Positions 1-8,144 of a stretch of DNA of 32,000 bases are shown here, piece by piece. The notes under the pieces were generated by a model. That model saw nothing but the letters and a program-made list of their open reading frames with translations. It made no database searches and was not told the DNA's origin. Numbering within the stretch: the stretch's first letter is position 1; each line of letters begins with the position of its first letter. This stretch comes from Paucimonas sp. (GTDB lineage: Bacteria; Pseudomonadota; Gammaproteobacteria; Burkholderiales; Burkholderiaceae_D): NCBI GenBank assembly GCA_036677325.1, contig JAKFBY010000019.1, forward strand, positions 807 through 32,806, read 5' to 3'. The position numbers and the translations under genes are program-made.

Positions 1-759
1 AAGGTTAGCGGCTTCGGACGCGGTGTTAAAGAGTTTTTTACTGAAGATATTCCGAACCTTCCTGCGGGGGTCAAAGCATTAGTGACCGATCCAATAAATA
101 CCTTGGAAGCGGGCGCCTTACAAATGCAGAATGAGGCACGAGGTGCGTTCCTAGACGCTCGTGGGGGTAATTTCCGTACCATCGGAGAGCTGGAAGGGAA
201 CATGATGGGGAAAAGCGCCGCCGGAACGGTACTTGGGGTCAGTGGTGGCCGTATTGTTGACGGGATAATAGAGAGCGCTTCATCCTCAGCAAAAAGTGTA
301 GCGGTAGCTACTGCAAAGACACCGGATTCGGGTACAACAAGTATCCCAACATATACGGAGTTACAAGATCTTGCAGCTAATACACTAGACTTTAGTACGA
401 AGCCAAATGGTGCGGTATTTTGGTCTGGCGCGGACAACATGAATGTGGCTCAATGGTGGGCTAAACTAACTGGTAAGACAACCCTTGAGCAAACAGTTGG
501 TGGTCAATATCTCAACAGCTTGAAATTGTTTGACAATTTGCCCGGCTCAGATGCTGCACAGATATGGGATATAGCATCTGTACGATTTGCAAATGGCGCT
601 AGTGGCAACGTCAACGTATTCAATAAGGGTGCTACGCAATTTGGCGCTTATGGAGAGCGAACTTGGTGGAGATTGGAGCAACCTGCTTTGCAGACCAATC
701 CAAACGTAACAAAGATTCGACAGTGGAATTGGACTATGGATCCGAAAAAGTTACCATGA
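1..759 (+). CDS. C-terminal end of a larger polymorphic-toxin-type protein (open at window start). The last ~140 aa resemble the ADP-ribosyl cyclase / CD38 NAD-glycohydrolase fold.
   Basis: Frame 1 has no stop from nt 1 to TGA 757-759, so the listed ORF 82..759 is only the tail. A Ser/Ala-rich linker is followed by the ordered motifs FWSG, TLEQT, YLNSL, IWDIASVRFANGASGNVNVF and RLEQPAL. These parallel the conserved blocks of Aplysia cyclase and CD38 (recalled from memory, not searched). The DNA is AT-rich. Confidence 0.6.
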   Translation, partial: KVSGFGRGVKEFFTEDIPNLPAGVKALVTDPINTLEAGALQMQNEARGAFLDARGGNFRTIGELEGNMMGKSAAGTVLGVSGGRIVDGIIESASSSAKSVAVATAKTPDSGTTSIPTYTELQDLAANTLDFSTKPNGAVFWSGADNMNVAQWWAKLTGKTTLEQTVGGQYLNSLKLFDNLPGSDAAQIWDIASVRFANGASGNVNVFNKGATQFGAYGERTWWRLEQPALQTNPNVTKIRQWNWTMDPKKLP

Positions 760-1112
760 TTAGTAGATTGTTAAGAATATTCTTTCCTCGCTGGTATATC
801 CTTAAAGAGGAGGTTGCGCGTCAACATACAGGGCCTTACGCTGAAAGGAATAGTGCTGGATACACTGTTGCAATCATATGCAGAGGTGAGCAATTACTAT
901 ACACGGACGAGAATGGTGCATTAGTTTTGGAAATAAGTATTCCTGGTAAGTGGGTCGATGCGGCTTCGATAAAAAAATGGGATGAAGTTGGTAATGTTTC
1001 AGAAGATCAGCGCTCGATGATTATCGAGCGTGTTCAGAAATACTTTGAAACAGTACAAGGCTTTAGTATAAAAATCATAAATGGTAACGGATATTCTGGA
1101 GCCTCAAATTGA
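756..1112 (+). CDS. small protein translationally coupled to the toxin tip; candidate cognate immunity protein (family not recognised)
   Basis: ATG 756-758 overlaps the toxin stop as ATGA. The 118-codon frame is in frame with listed ORF 663..1112, whose upstream part overlaps the toxin CDS. The immunity role is inferred from position only. Confidence 0.5.
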   Translation: MISRLLRIFFPRWYILKEEVARQHTGPYAERNSAGYTVAIICRGEQLLYTDENGALVLEISIPGKWVDAASIKKWDEVGNVSEDQRSMIIERVQKYFETVQGFSIKIINGNGYSGASN

Positions 1113-1726
1113 CTATCAACGTTATTAAAGCAAATTTACGTAAGCGGCTTCTTTGCTGTGCTAATTTCGAAGATTTTATGTCCGAAGATTCGGATTTGGG
1201 CACCGCACTCAAAGAGAGTAAAATTAAAAGCAGCAATGACCTTTGTGAACGATTGAAGGATTTATTTGATAGCGCTGGCAGTGTTAGGGAGAAAATTCAG
1301 ATACTCACCCTTTGCCGTGATAAAAATTGCCCAATGCCTGATGTGAGTAGGGAGCAACTTATAGGGGTTGTAATTGAGTTTGCTACTGAGTTTGGTGTTG
1401 ATGCACTTGCAGTATATTCGGACTTGCAAGGAGCATGGTATGACGGCAAAGAAAATAGTCTTTTAGAGTTTGTTGTTTCGGATCGAAAGCAGTCGGTTTA
1501 TCAACAGTTGCGTGACGCAATTACTCACGGAATTCAAAAAGCCACTTCGCACCCAACGGATGTTCCCCCTCCGCCGCCGCCAGGTTATATCTTGATTAGC
1601 TTCCTATCGGCGAATGGAATTGCATTTGGAATGGGAGCTAGTCGTGATCTTGCGTCCGATAACGTCGGTGGGCCAATAATTCATGCTGCTTTGGAGTTGC
1701 GAAAAATTATTCTAGGGATCAATTAG
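1109..1726 (+). CDS. hypothetical protein, third gene of the toxin cassette (second immunity or accessory candidate)
   Basis: TTG 1109 overlaps the previous stop as TTGA, and GGAG at 1098-1101 lies 7 nt upstream. An alternative ATG is at 1178. The protein contains a PPPPPPGY stretch. No family recognised. Confidence 0.5.
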   Translation: MTINVIKANLRKRLLCCANFEDFMSEDSDLGTALKESKIKSSNDLCERLKDLFDSAGSVREKIQILTLCRDKNCPMPDVSREQLIGVVIEFATEFGVDALAVYSDLQGAWYDGKENSLLEFVVSDRKQSVYQQLRDAITHGIQKATSHPTDVPPPPPPGYILISFLSANGIAFGMGASRDLASDNVGGPIIHAALELRKIILGIN

Positions 1727-1860
1727 CGGTGTAGTGTAGATGGTGTCACCCATTAGCCTTCCGTAGTCAACAGTACGAACACAATACTCGCGGAGTTCCG
1801 CAATAAGCAAGAAAGGGGTCAGGTCTAGCAATGTAGCATTTCCATGTTATATTCCGCTCC

Positions 1861-2634
1861 ATGTCACGCCCCCTGCGCATCGAATTCCCCGACGCCCTCT
1901 ACCACGTCACTGCACGCGGTGACCGGCGCGAAGCGATCTTCGAGGATGACGCCGACCGGCATCTTTTTCTGTCGACCTTGGAACAAGTCATCAGTCAATT
2001 CAACTGGGTTTGTTATGCCTGGTGCCTGATGGATAACCATTACCACCTGATGATCCAGACGCCGGATGCCAATTTATCCAAGGGCATGCGTCAGCTCAAT
2101 GGTGTTTTTACGCAAGCAAGCAACCGACGCCATCGGCGCGTGGGCCACTTATTTCAAGGACGTTTCAAGGCGATCCTGGTCGATAGCGATGCCTATCTGC
2201 TGGAGTTGTCGCGCTATGTGGTGTTGAATCCTGTCCGGGCACGCATGGTGAAAAAGCCGGCCGACTGGCCCTGGAGCAGTTACCGGGCGAGCGTGGGCCT
2301 GGAGCAGCCACCGCCTTGGCTGGCTGTCGATGGATTGCTGGCGCAGTTTGCCAGGCGTCGCAGTGTAGCGCAGCAGCGCTATGCGCAGTTTGTCGAGGCA
2401 GGCATCCAGGCCGTTTCGCCATGGGTAGAGTTGAAGGGGCAGGTTTTTTTAGGCGATGAGCAGTTTGTCGAGCGCATGCAAGCCCATCTTCCGTTGAGCA
2501 AGGACGATGTGCAAATTCCGCTGGCACAGCGCCGCGCGCCGCCACGTCCCATCGAAGAAATTGCCGAGGAATCGAAAAACCGCAAGAGCGCCATCTTACG
2601 TGCTTATGCGACGGGCGGCTATTCCTACCAGTAA
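1861..2634 (+). CDS. REP-associated / IS200-IS605-like Y1 tyrosine transposase (RayT-type, COG1943), C-terminally truncated
   Basis: N-terminal LRIEFPDALYHVTARG, the HUH-type motif MDNHYHLMIQ, GHLFQGRFK and YVVLNPVRA are typical of this family. It is much more GC-rich than its flanks. See the finding on in-frame TAA codons. Confidence 0.85.
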   Translation: MSRPLRIEFPDALYHVTARGDRREAIFEDDADRHLFLSTLEQVISQFNWVCYAWCLMDNHYHLMIQTPDANLSKGMRQLNGVFTQASNRRHRRVGHLFQGRFKAILVDSDAYLLELSRYVVLNPVRARMVKKPADWPWSSYRASVGLEQPPPWLAVDGLLAQFARRRSVAQQRYAQFVEAGIQAVSPWVELKGQVFLGDEQFVERMQAHLPLSKDDVQIPLAQRRAPPRPIEEIAEESKNRKSAILRAYATGGYSYQ

Positions 2635-3026
2635 ATTGCCGAGTAATTCGAGATGCATTTCACTACTGTGGGCAGAGTTGTTCGAAGCGTTTTGGCTGAG
2701 AGCGGTACTTACTAGATTTTCCCCCAATTTCTTTTCATCGCCGGCCGGCTTGAGCGTAGCGCCTCGGGCGATGTCAGCGGCCACACAGCGGCAACATACC
2801 GCGAAATCGGGGTGGCGGAATTTATAGCCGTTCAGCATGTGGGCATTCCAATCCCCCTTACTTAACAACAACAGGATAACGCGCTTAGCCCGTAATGGCT
2901 TGCCCGCAATTGCAATATTCCACGATTGCAAAGACACACAGTGCACTGCCCACCCAACTTGTTAAATAATATCCAATAGGGCAATATTGCGTAGCATTAA
3001 ATATATTAACTATTTTCAATTTACAA

Positions 3027-3554
3027 ATGAAAAATATCTTCTTATTAATTCTCGTTGGTATATTGACGGGATGCGGGACATATTATGTGTCGCCAAAAAA
3101 CTTGGCTAATCCTGCAAATCTGACTGTTACGCTTGCGTCTACAGATCATTCCGCCCACATGACGGTACAGGTATTTGATAGCCCATCATGCAAAGCGTCG
3201 GCCGGCTATGGTTTGGCTGCAAACATTGGGAATGGACCTTTTATATCGAATAAGCCTGAAACAATTCAAGTCCGTCCAAACGAGAAAATCTATCTAAAAA
3301 TAACGTCGAGCGTAACTTACGCAGCGACAGGTGGATTTCCACGTTTTACTTGCTCAAATCTGGTTAGCTTTACTCCGAAGCAAGACGAGGCATACACACT
3401 TTCGACAAAGCTTTTGCCATATAGTGGTACGTGCTCGACCAGCATCGTAAATAGCCAGGATAAGCAGACTCCCCCCGATTTTGTGCACCTTAAAATTCCT
3501 GATAACTGCAAAGAAAAGGGGCTATTGGACATGTTGGAGTCACGGAAAAAATAG
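3027..3554 (+). CDS. hypothetical lipoprotein
   Basis: Signal peptide plus lipobox (MKNIFLLILVGILTGCGT). AT-rich. No obvious SD and no family recognised. Confidence 0.6.
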   Translation: MKNIFLLILVGILTGCGTYYVSPKNLANPANLTVTLASTDHSAHMTVQVFDSPSCKASAGYGLAANIGNGPFISNKPETIQVRPNEKIYLKITSSVTYAATGGFPRFTCSNLVSFTPKQDEAYTLSTKLLPYSGTCSTSIVNSQDKQTPPDFVHLKIPDNCKEKGLLDMLESRKK

Positions 3555-3821
3555 GATGGGTGGACTGGTGCGAGCGAAGCAGTCGCAGGCATAAAAGGTG
3601 GTGAAGCGTATCGTGACCAGGTTGGAAGAAAACTTGTGCCCATGTTAGGCAATTGGAAGGCAGAGGAGGCTATTCGTGACCAGTTCAACAAGCAGCATAG
3701 AATCGGCAACACTTGCGCGTTGACAAGGACTTCTTAATTAAGATTTCGTCAGGTGTTTGTATCGTATGGCGCGTTGTTAACATGAGAATAAATGAAGCGT
3801 TTATAACAGGGGGAAAATTAA

Positions 3822-4460
3822 ATGGATGCAATCGGCCAAAGAACAAAATTAGTAGCGATCATCATGTTTGCACTAGTCGCATGTGGTTGTGCCTCAACAC
3901 AGCCAATCAGTGACGCTGATCGCGCCAAAGTGAAGACTGTTAAGCTTAACCGTGCTGTAGACAAGGGGGATCTGTTTTTGCTTGCTCCCAGTGGTGCCAA
4001 TATTGGCTTGATGTTCGGAATCGTTGGCGGACTTGCAGCGTCTGGCTCTATCCAAAATTCACAAAATGCATTCGCCGGATTTCTTGATAGAAATTCAATC
4101 GCAATCGAGAAGATTGTGCGCGAGGAAGTTGAGTTGGCCTTACGGGAATCGGGAAAGTCTGCAATTGTCAATGAAGGAGATGGTTCAGTACCGGCGTTCA
4201 ACATCACCATACCTCAGTATGGATTTGGCGTGACGAATCTCGGGGGCTCCAAGGTTGTGCCAGTTCTGTCTATCAAGTGTGAAATAGTTGATAGTGCCGG
4301 TAAAGTGCTTTGGAATTCAAGCGACCGCATGGGGCCCTCAATTGCCAATCCTATAGATTCTATAACTTGGGCGCAAATGCACGACAATCCTAAACTGATC
4401 GAAGAACAGTGGAGGAAGGCGTCTAAATATCTCGCCAAGAAATTAATTGACCAACTTTGA
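3822..4460 (+). CDS. hypothetical lipoprotein with a glycine-zipper-like segment
   Basis: A GGGGGA SD lies 7 nt upstream of the ATG. There is a signal peptide with lipobox-like LVACGC, and the segment GLMFGIVGGLAASG. Confidence 0.65.
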   Translation: MDAIGQRTKLVAIIMFALVACGCASTQPISDADRAKVKTVKLNRAVDKGDLFLLAPSGANIGLMFGIVGGLAASGSIQNSQNAFAGFLDRNSIAIEKIVREEVELALRESGKSAIVNEGDGSVPAFNITIPQYGFGVTNLGGSKVVPVLSIKCEIVDSAGKVLWNSSDRMGPSIANPIDSITWAQMHDNPKLIEEQWRKASKYLAKKLIDQL

Positions 4461-4929
4461 TGCTCCTATCTAAATAGGACGAACACAATAACGTGCCCAC
4501 GCGATGTGTCTGCAACAATTCTGGGGAAGCACATGATGTGATTTATTGACCCGCTCATCAATGATTGGACCTGCTCTCATGCCATTTCCCTGGGAGGAGA
4601 AATAGATGAATTGGTTAAACAAATAGTGGCAACCGGTTATCAAGGGTACAAAATCGAAAAACGGTTTGGCTATCGTGCGATTAGCTTAGATGTCTTGACG
4701 AAGGCGATTCGCCCCGTTACAGGCAAGGTCTTGGGCGCACTTGCGTCTACACCGTTGGTGGGCTAACCGGCGGGACGCCTAATCATGGGAAGCTTGGTAA
4801 GTATGACTTCGATAATGAAAAAGAGCTTGGCCGTTCGTGAATCGATATAAGCTCGTTTTGAGCAAGAAATCGCGGCGCTGGTGAAAGAGTCTATAGAGAG
4901 CCTCGGACTTTGATCGAACCTGCTAAGCT

Positions 4930-4957
4930 CTGCTGAGTAAATCAGCAGGGTTTTTTT
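4930..4957 (+). terminator. intrinsic terminator
   Basis: Stem CTGCTGA / TCAGCAG (4930-4936 / 4942-4948), loop GTAAA, then GG and T7 (4951-4957). Confidence 0.6.
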
Positions 4958-5201
4958 CATTCAGAATGACAGGGATTGCCGATATATTTAGCCAGAGATC
5001 AAGGATGGCGCAACTGAGCTTATGCTCTTTTGTGTCGACTACTATTGATCCGTTGAAAATTATTGCTGCTACGGGCACGGGCCCTGGTTTCCAGTGCTAT
5101 TTATTTACAGGCGTAATATTTTGAAAAGCAGCGTTCCCTATACGAGTGCGGTCAGACTGCTGAGCAAATTAACTGATCACGTCGCACCATAATTGACATG
5201 T

Positions 5202-5603
5202 TTAGCTGCGGCTTAACGATTGCCGAATCAGCGCTTCAATATGGTGACGTATAGCCGGCGGAAGGTTATTAAACCGCAGATTGACGCGGAACTGATGTAC
5301 TTGACCGATCACCTGCATGCTATTGACCACGACAACCGGAAGATTTGCTGACTGACTTGCCATTTGCGCAAGCATCGGCAACATGAATTGCAACGTGCAT
5401 TTTGACTGGGCGGTCACGGCCTGGTGGCAAATAAAGCCTGAACCTCCTACACTCAGATCGCAGACAGTACCCTGCAGTATTTGCAAGCGGTCCTGAAAGC
5501 GCAGGATGGCCTGTATGCTCAATGCTGTACGTTCGGCTTTGCGCCGTTCAGCACCCAGTTGCAGGATGCCGGCATGCGAAACGGGTGTAATCGGCGAGGT
5601 CAT
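5202..5603 (-). CDS. stand-alone PilZ-domain protein (c-di-GMP receptor type)
   Basis: Carries both canonical PilZ motifs: RRKAER (RxxxR) and DLSVGGSG (D/NxSxxG). Confidence 0.8.
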   Translation of the reverse strand: MTSPITPVSHAGILQLGAERRKAERTALSIQAILRFQDRLQILQGTVCDLSVGGSGFICHQAVTAQSKCTLQFMLPMLAQMASQSANLPVVVVNSMQVIGQVHQFRVNLRFNNLPPAIRHHIEALIRQSLSRS

Positions 5604-6132
5604 GGCATGAAGTCTCTACAATGGATGGGAGTTACTCTTTCATCATATCGTAAGAATTCTGAAAAGAACACTAGGGGATCGTTAGCGAATATCTTCCGGC
5701 TAAAAATCTTCCAGAAGAATGTATGAAGTTTCGTGTATAACTTTATTTCACAATTTGGTTGCAGCCTTTGTTTTTTGGATATCGACGGTTGCGCATACCT
5801 TCATCAAAAGTGCACCGGTTTCATAAAAAACGAGAACTACTCTGTGATGGTTGCCACGCGAGGGTCGTCAAGCGGGGAATAAGCTGCCAACCGGTGCTTA
5901 TTCGATACTGGGAAGTCAATTCGTCATTACCGATTACTCGCTGGCTTCTGCTCGCAATGCCCCCTGTTATTTTAAAGATCGCGATCAGAATTACCAGCTA
6001 CTACAGCCATGATTCTGATCTAATAACCACGTTCTTAAATGTGAACTGCAGAAATCACACAGCGTTATAGGAGTAAGAATGATGATGCCGATCGTAATAT
6101 TTGTGTGATCCCTTATCGCGACCGCCGACCGC

Positions 6133-7143
6133 TTATTGCTTCACGGCGATCGCAGATAACACACCTGCGTCGGGAATCGTCGCAGTAGCTCCAACGCCAT
6201 TGCCGTTCAAAGTACTGATGTTATTGATCTGATAGATTTGGTTATTGGCCAATGCGTACAGGCGGTCGTTGGGAATATCAAGCGCAATATCTGTCACAGT
6301 GCCAGAAATTGCAACGCGCATGGATGTGCCGGTAGCTGCCCCGTTGATCGTGCTGGCGTTATCGAATATTACGACCGTTCCCATATGGGTTGCGATATAT
6401 AGCCGATCCTTGGTCGAGTCAATTAACAATCTGTTTACACTGCAAAAATCAATATAACGGTCAGGTGTTACAACGCCATTAATGATGTCGGCATTCTGTA
6501 AAACAGCGATGCGGCATGGAGAACCATTAATTCTCGTGTAGAGGATGTTGCGAGCAACATCCACCGTTAAACCGTTGACAAAACCGGCTGGGAAGCTGAG
6601 CGCTCTGGCGGGAAAGGCATTTGTTGCCGTACTCGCATTATTAAAAATGTAAACTGATTGAGCATGAGGATCAGCGACATACAAACGGTCATTGAGCCGG
6701 TCAAGAAAAGGGGATGAGTAATGCGCTGTCGTTGAGGAGGCAAGCACACGTGGAGCCACATTGCCGTTGGCTAAACCAGCGTTATCAAACACGAGTATTT
6801 TAGTGTCTTGAGTTACATAAAGGCGGTCGGCAATGGAGTCGAGTGCGAGTCCATTTATTAAACTAGTCAGTTGTGTGCCAGCTCCCATGATGACACGGTC
6901 TACAACTGTCGTACCCGCTACGAGGTTGGCATTCGCAACAGAGCCAATCGCCTTGTTGGAAGAGTCAACGGCAAATAGCTTGCTCGAGGCAGACGCGGTC
7001 GTAGTGGTGATTGACCCTGCAGTCGTTGTTGTATTCAGCCCCAAATCGGCGCCGAGGCCCCCATTAGTCGCACTTCCACCGCCCCCACATCCAACTAAAA
7101 TAAATGACATGAACAAGCCAAGAGCAGGAGAAAAGATTTTCAT
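6133..7143 (-). CDS. beta-propeller-repeat lipoprotein
   Basis: Lipobox MSFILVGCGGGGS followed by a Thr/Ser-rich linker. Then five visible repeats of the pattern DRLY[VIA]...[VI]F[DN]NA...NG (DRLYVTQD, DRLYVADP, NILYTRIN, DRLYIATH, DRLYALAN). Confidence 0.75.
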   Translation of the reverse strand: MKIFSPALGLFMSFILVGCGGGGSATNGGLGADLGLNTTTTAGSITTTTASASSKLFAVDSSNKAIGSVANANLVAGTTVVDRVIMGAGTQLTSLINGLALDSIADRLYVTQDTKILVFDNAGLANGNVAPRVLASSTTAHYSSPFLDRLNDRLYVADPHAQSVYIFNNASTATNAFPARALSFPAGFVNGLTVDVARNILYTRINGSPCRIAVLQNADIINGVVTPDRYIDFCSVNRLLIDSTKDRLYIATHMGTVVIFDNASTINGAATGTSMRVAISGTVTDIALDIPNDRLYALANNQIYQINNISTLNGNGVGATATIPDAGVLSAIAVKQ

Positions 7144-7339
7144 TTTTAGGGTTCGTAGATTTGCAAAAATATAAGGGATGACAAGCCGATAATGGAATGT
7201 TAATTATATTGCATTTTTAATATCAATAAACTCCCATATTTATGGGATGCGGGCACCGAAACCATGGCGCCAAGATTTGGCTTCGGTACACGATTCTTAG
7301 CAGGTCACTCAACCTAAAAAACCATTCCGTCTAGTCTCA

Positions 7340-7735
7340 ACAAAATCCTCGCTGGTAATGGCAATCGCCAGATCGCGCGGTAAAATATTTTTCCCATTTC
7401 GAAGCAACACGGGACCGATGCCTTCTCGAATCATCTGTTTCATGCGATGTGGCGACAGCGTCATCAGCATCCAGATCGCCTGAGTGCCTATAGGCGCACG
7501 CTGGAAAAACTGAAGCTGGATGTCCTGTACGAACCGCGCGCAAGCCCCAATCGCTACGCTTGGATAAGGGATACGACTACGATTAAGTGTGTGCGCTGGG
7601 GGCCGAGTTTGGCTTTACTGCGCATATTCATGCGCAGGGAGAAGATACGCAGGAAATCTAGCACGAAGCCGGCATAAGCGAGTCTGCAAGACTTCTGCAT
7701 CACGTAATCTGCTGGCTGGTTTTTTGGAAAAGTAA
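7340..7735 (+). mobile_element. degraded IS5-family (DDE) transposase remnant
   Basis: One frame reads RKPQSLRLDKGYDYD*VCALGAEFGFTAHIHAQGEDTQEI*HEAG (7545-7673). This matches the recalled conserved block ...LDKGYDYDEVR.LV.EFGFTAHIR.RGEE...EAG, with two in-frame stops. A shifted frame then ends ...RNLLAGFLEK*. The 5-prime extent is uncertain. No inverted repeats were identified. Confidence 0.6.
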
Positions 7736-7739
7736 CTGC

Positions 7740-8144
7740 TCAGGTAAGCATAAAAGCACGTATCAACGGATCTGGCCGAATTTGTGCACTATCGGACTGA
7801 AGTGTTAATAACGTGCTTTCAATCAAATGTAAATTAGCAATCTTGCTCTGAATCGTCGCCAAGTATGCATTGGTGTGACATTGCAATTCTCGCACCTTTG
7901 GCGAGTCATTTATTCCAAGTAACTCTGTTATTTGTTCGAGTGAAAATCCTAATTCTTGCACGCACTTAATAAAACGGATTCTCGCAACGAGTTCAAAAGG
8001 ATAGCGCCGGTAAGTACCACACTTAAATTCGTTGACTGGGATTAATAATCGGCTCTGGTAATACCGTATTGTTTCAACGCCCACATTAGCTGCTTTGGCA
8101 AGCTGACCAATTGTAAGACTATTGTTATTCTTCTTATCTTCCAT
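7740..8144 (-). CDS. MerR-family transcriptional regulator
   Basis: N-terminal HTH LTIGQLAKAANVGVETIRYYQSRLLIP followed by a coiled-coil region. ATG at 8144 is preferred over the TTG at 8174. AT-rich. Confidence 0.85.
   Translation of the reverse strand: MEDKKNNNSLTIGQLAKAANVGVETIRYYQSRLLIPVNEFKCGTYRRYPFELVARIRFIKCVQELGFSLEQITELLGINDSPKVRELQCHTNAYLATIQSKIANLHLIESTLLTLQSDSAQIRPDPLIRAFMLT

Noticed and set aside
2596-2946. A minus-strand 116-aa ORF (..MLNGYKFRHPDFAVCCRCVAADIARGATLKPAGDEKKLG..) in the GC-rich patch 3-prime of the RayT gene.
   Set aside because: No family was recognised. It overlaps the in-frame HTH-like tail of the transposase on the other strand, and it has no SD. It may be a remnant, but I cannot support a call.
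1775-4490. The exact 12-mer ACGAACACAATA occurs after two gene ends (1775-1786 and 4479-4490). Likewise TGCTGAATAGAC occurs at 18376-18387 and 18677-18688.
   Set aside because: For 32 kb, the expected number of chance identical 12-mer pairs is of the order of tens (N^2/2 divided by 4^12). The flanks do not extend the matches.
5759-6070. A 103-aa plus-strand ORF in the AT-rich spacer between PilZ and the propeller lipoprotein. Also other listed ORFs of 60-130 aa in 3317-4438 that lie antisense to the lipoprotein genes.
   Set aside because: Non-ATG or weak starts, no SD, implausible composition, and overlap with better-supported genes or promoter regions.
6079-6108. A mini-ORF, MMMPIVIFV, with a strong AGGAG SD.
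   Set aside because: It is nine codons long, points into the 3-prime end of a convergent gene, and has nothing downstream to regulate. It is most likely chance in AT-rich DNA.
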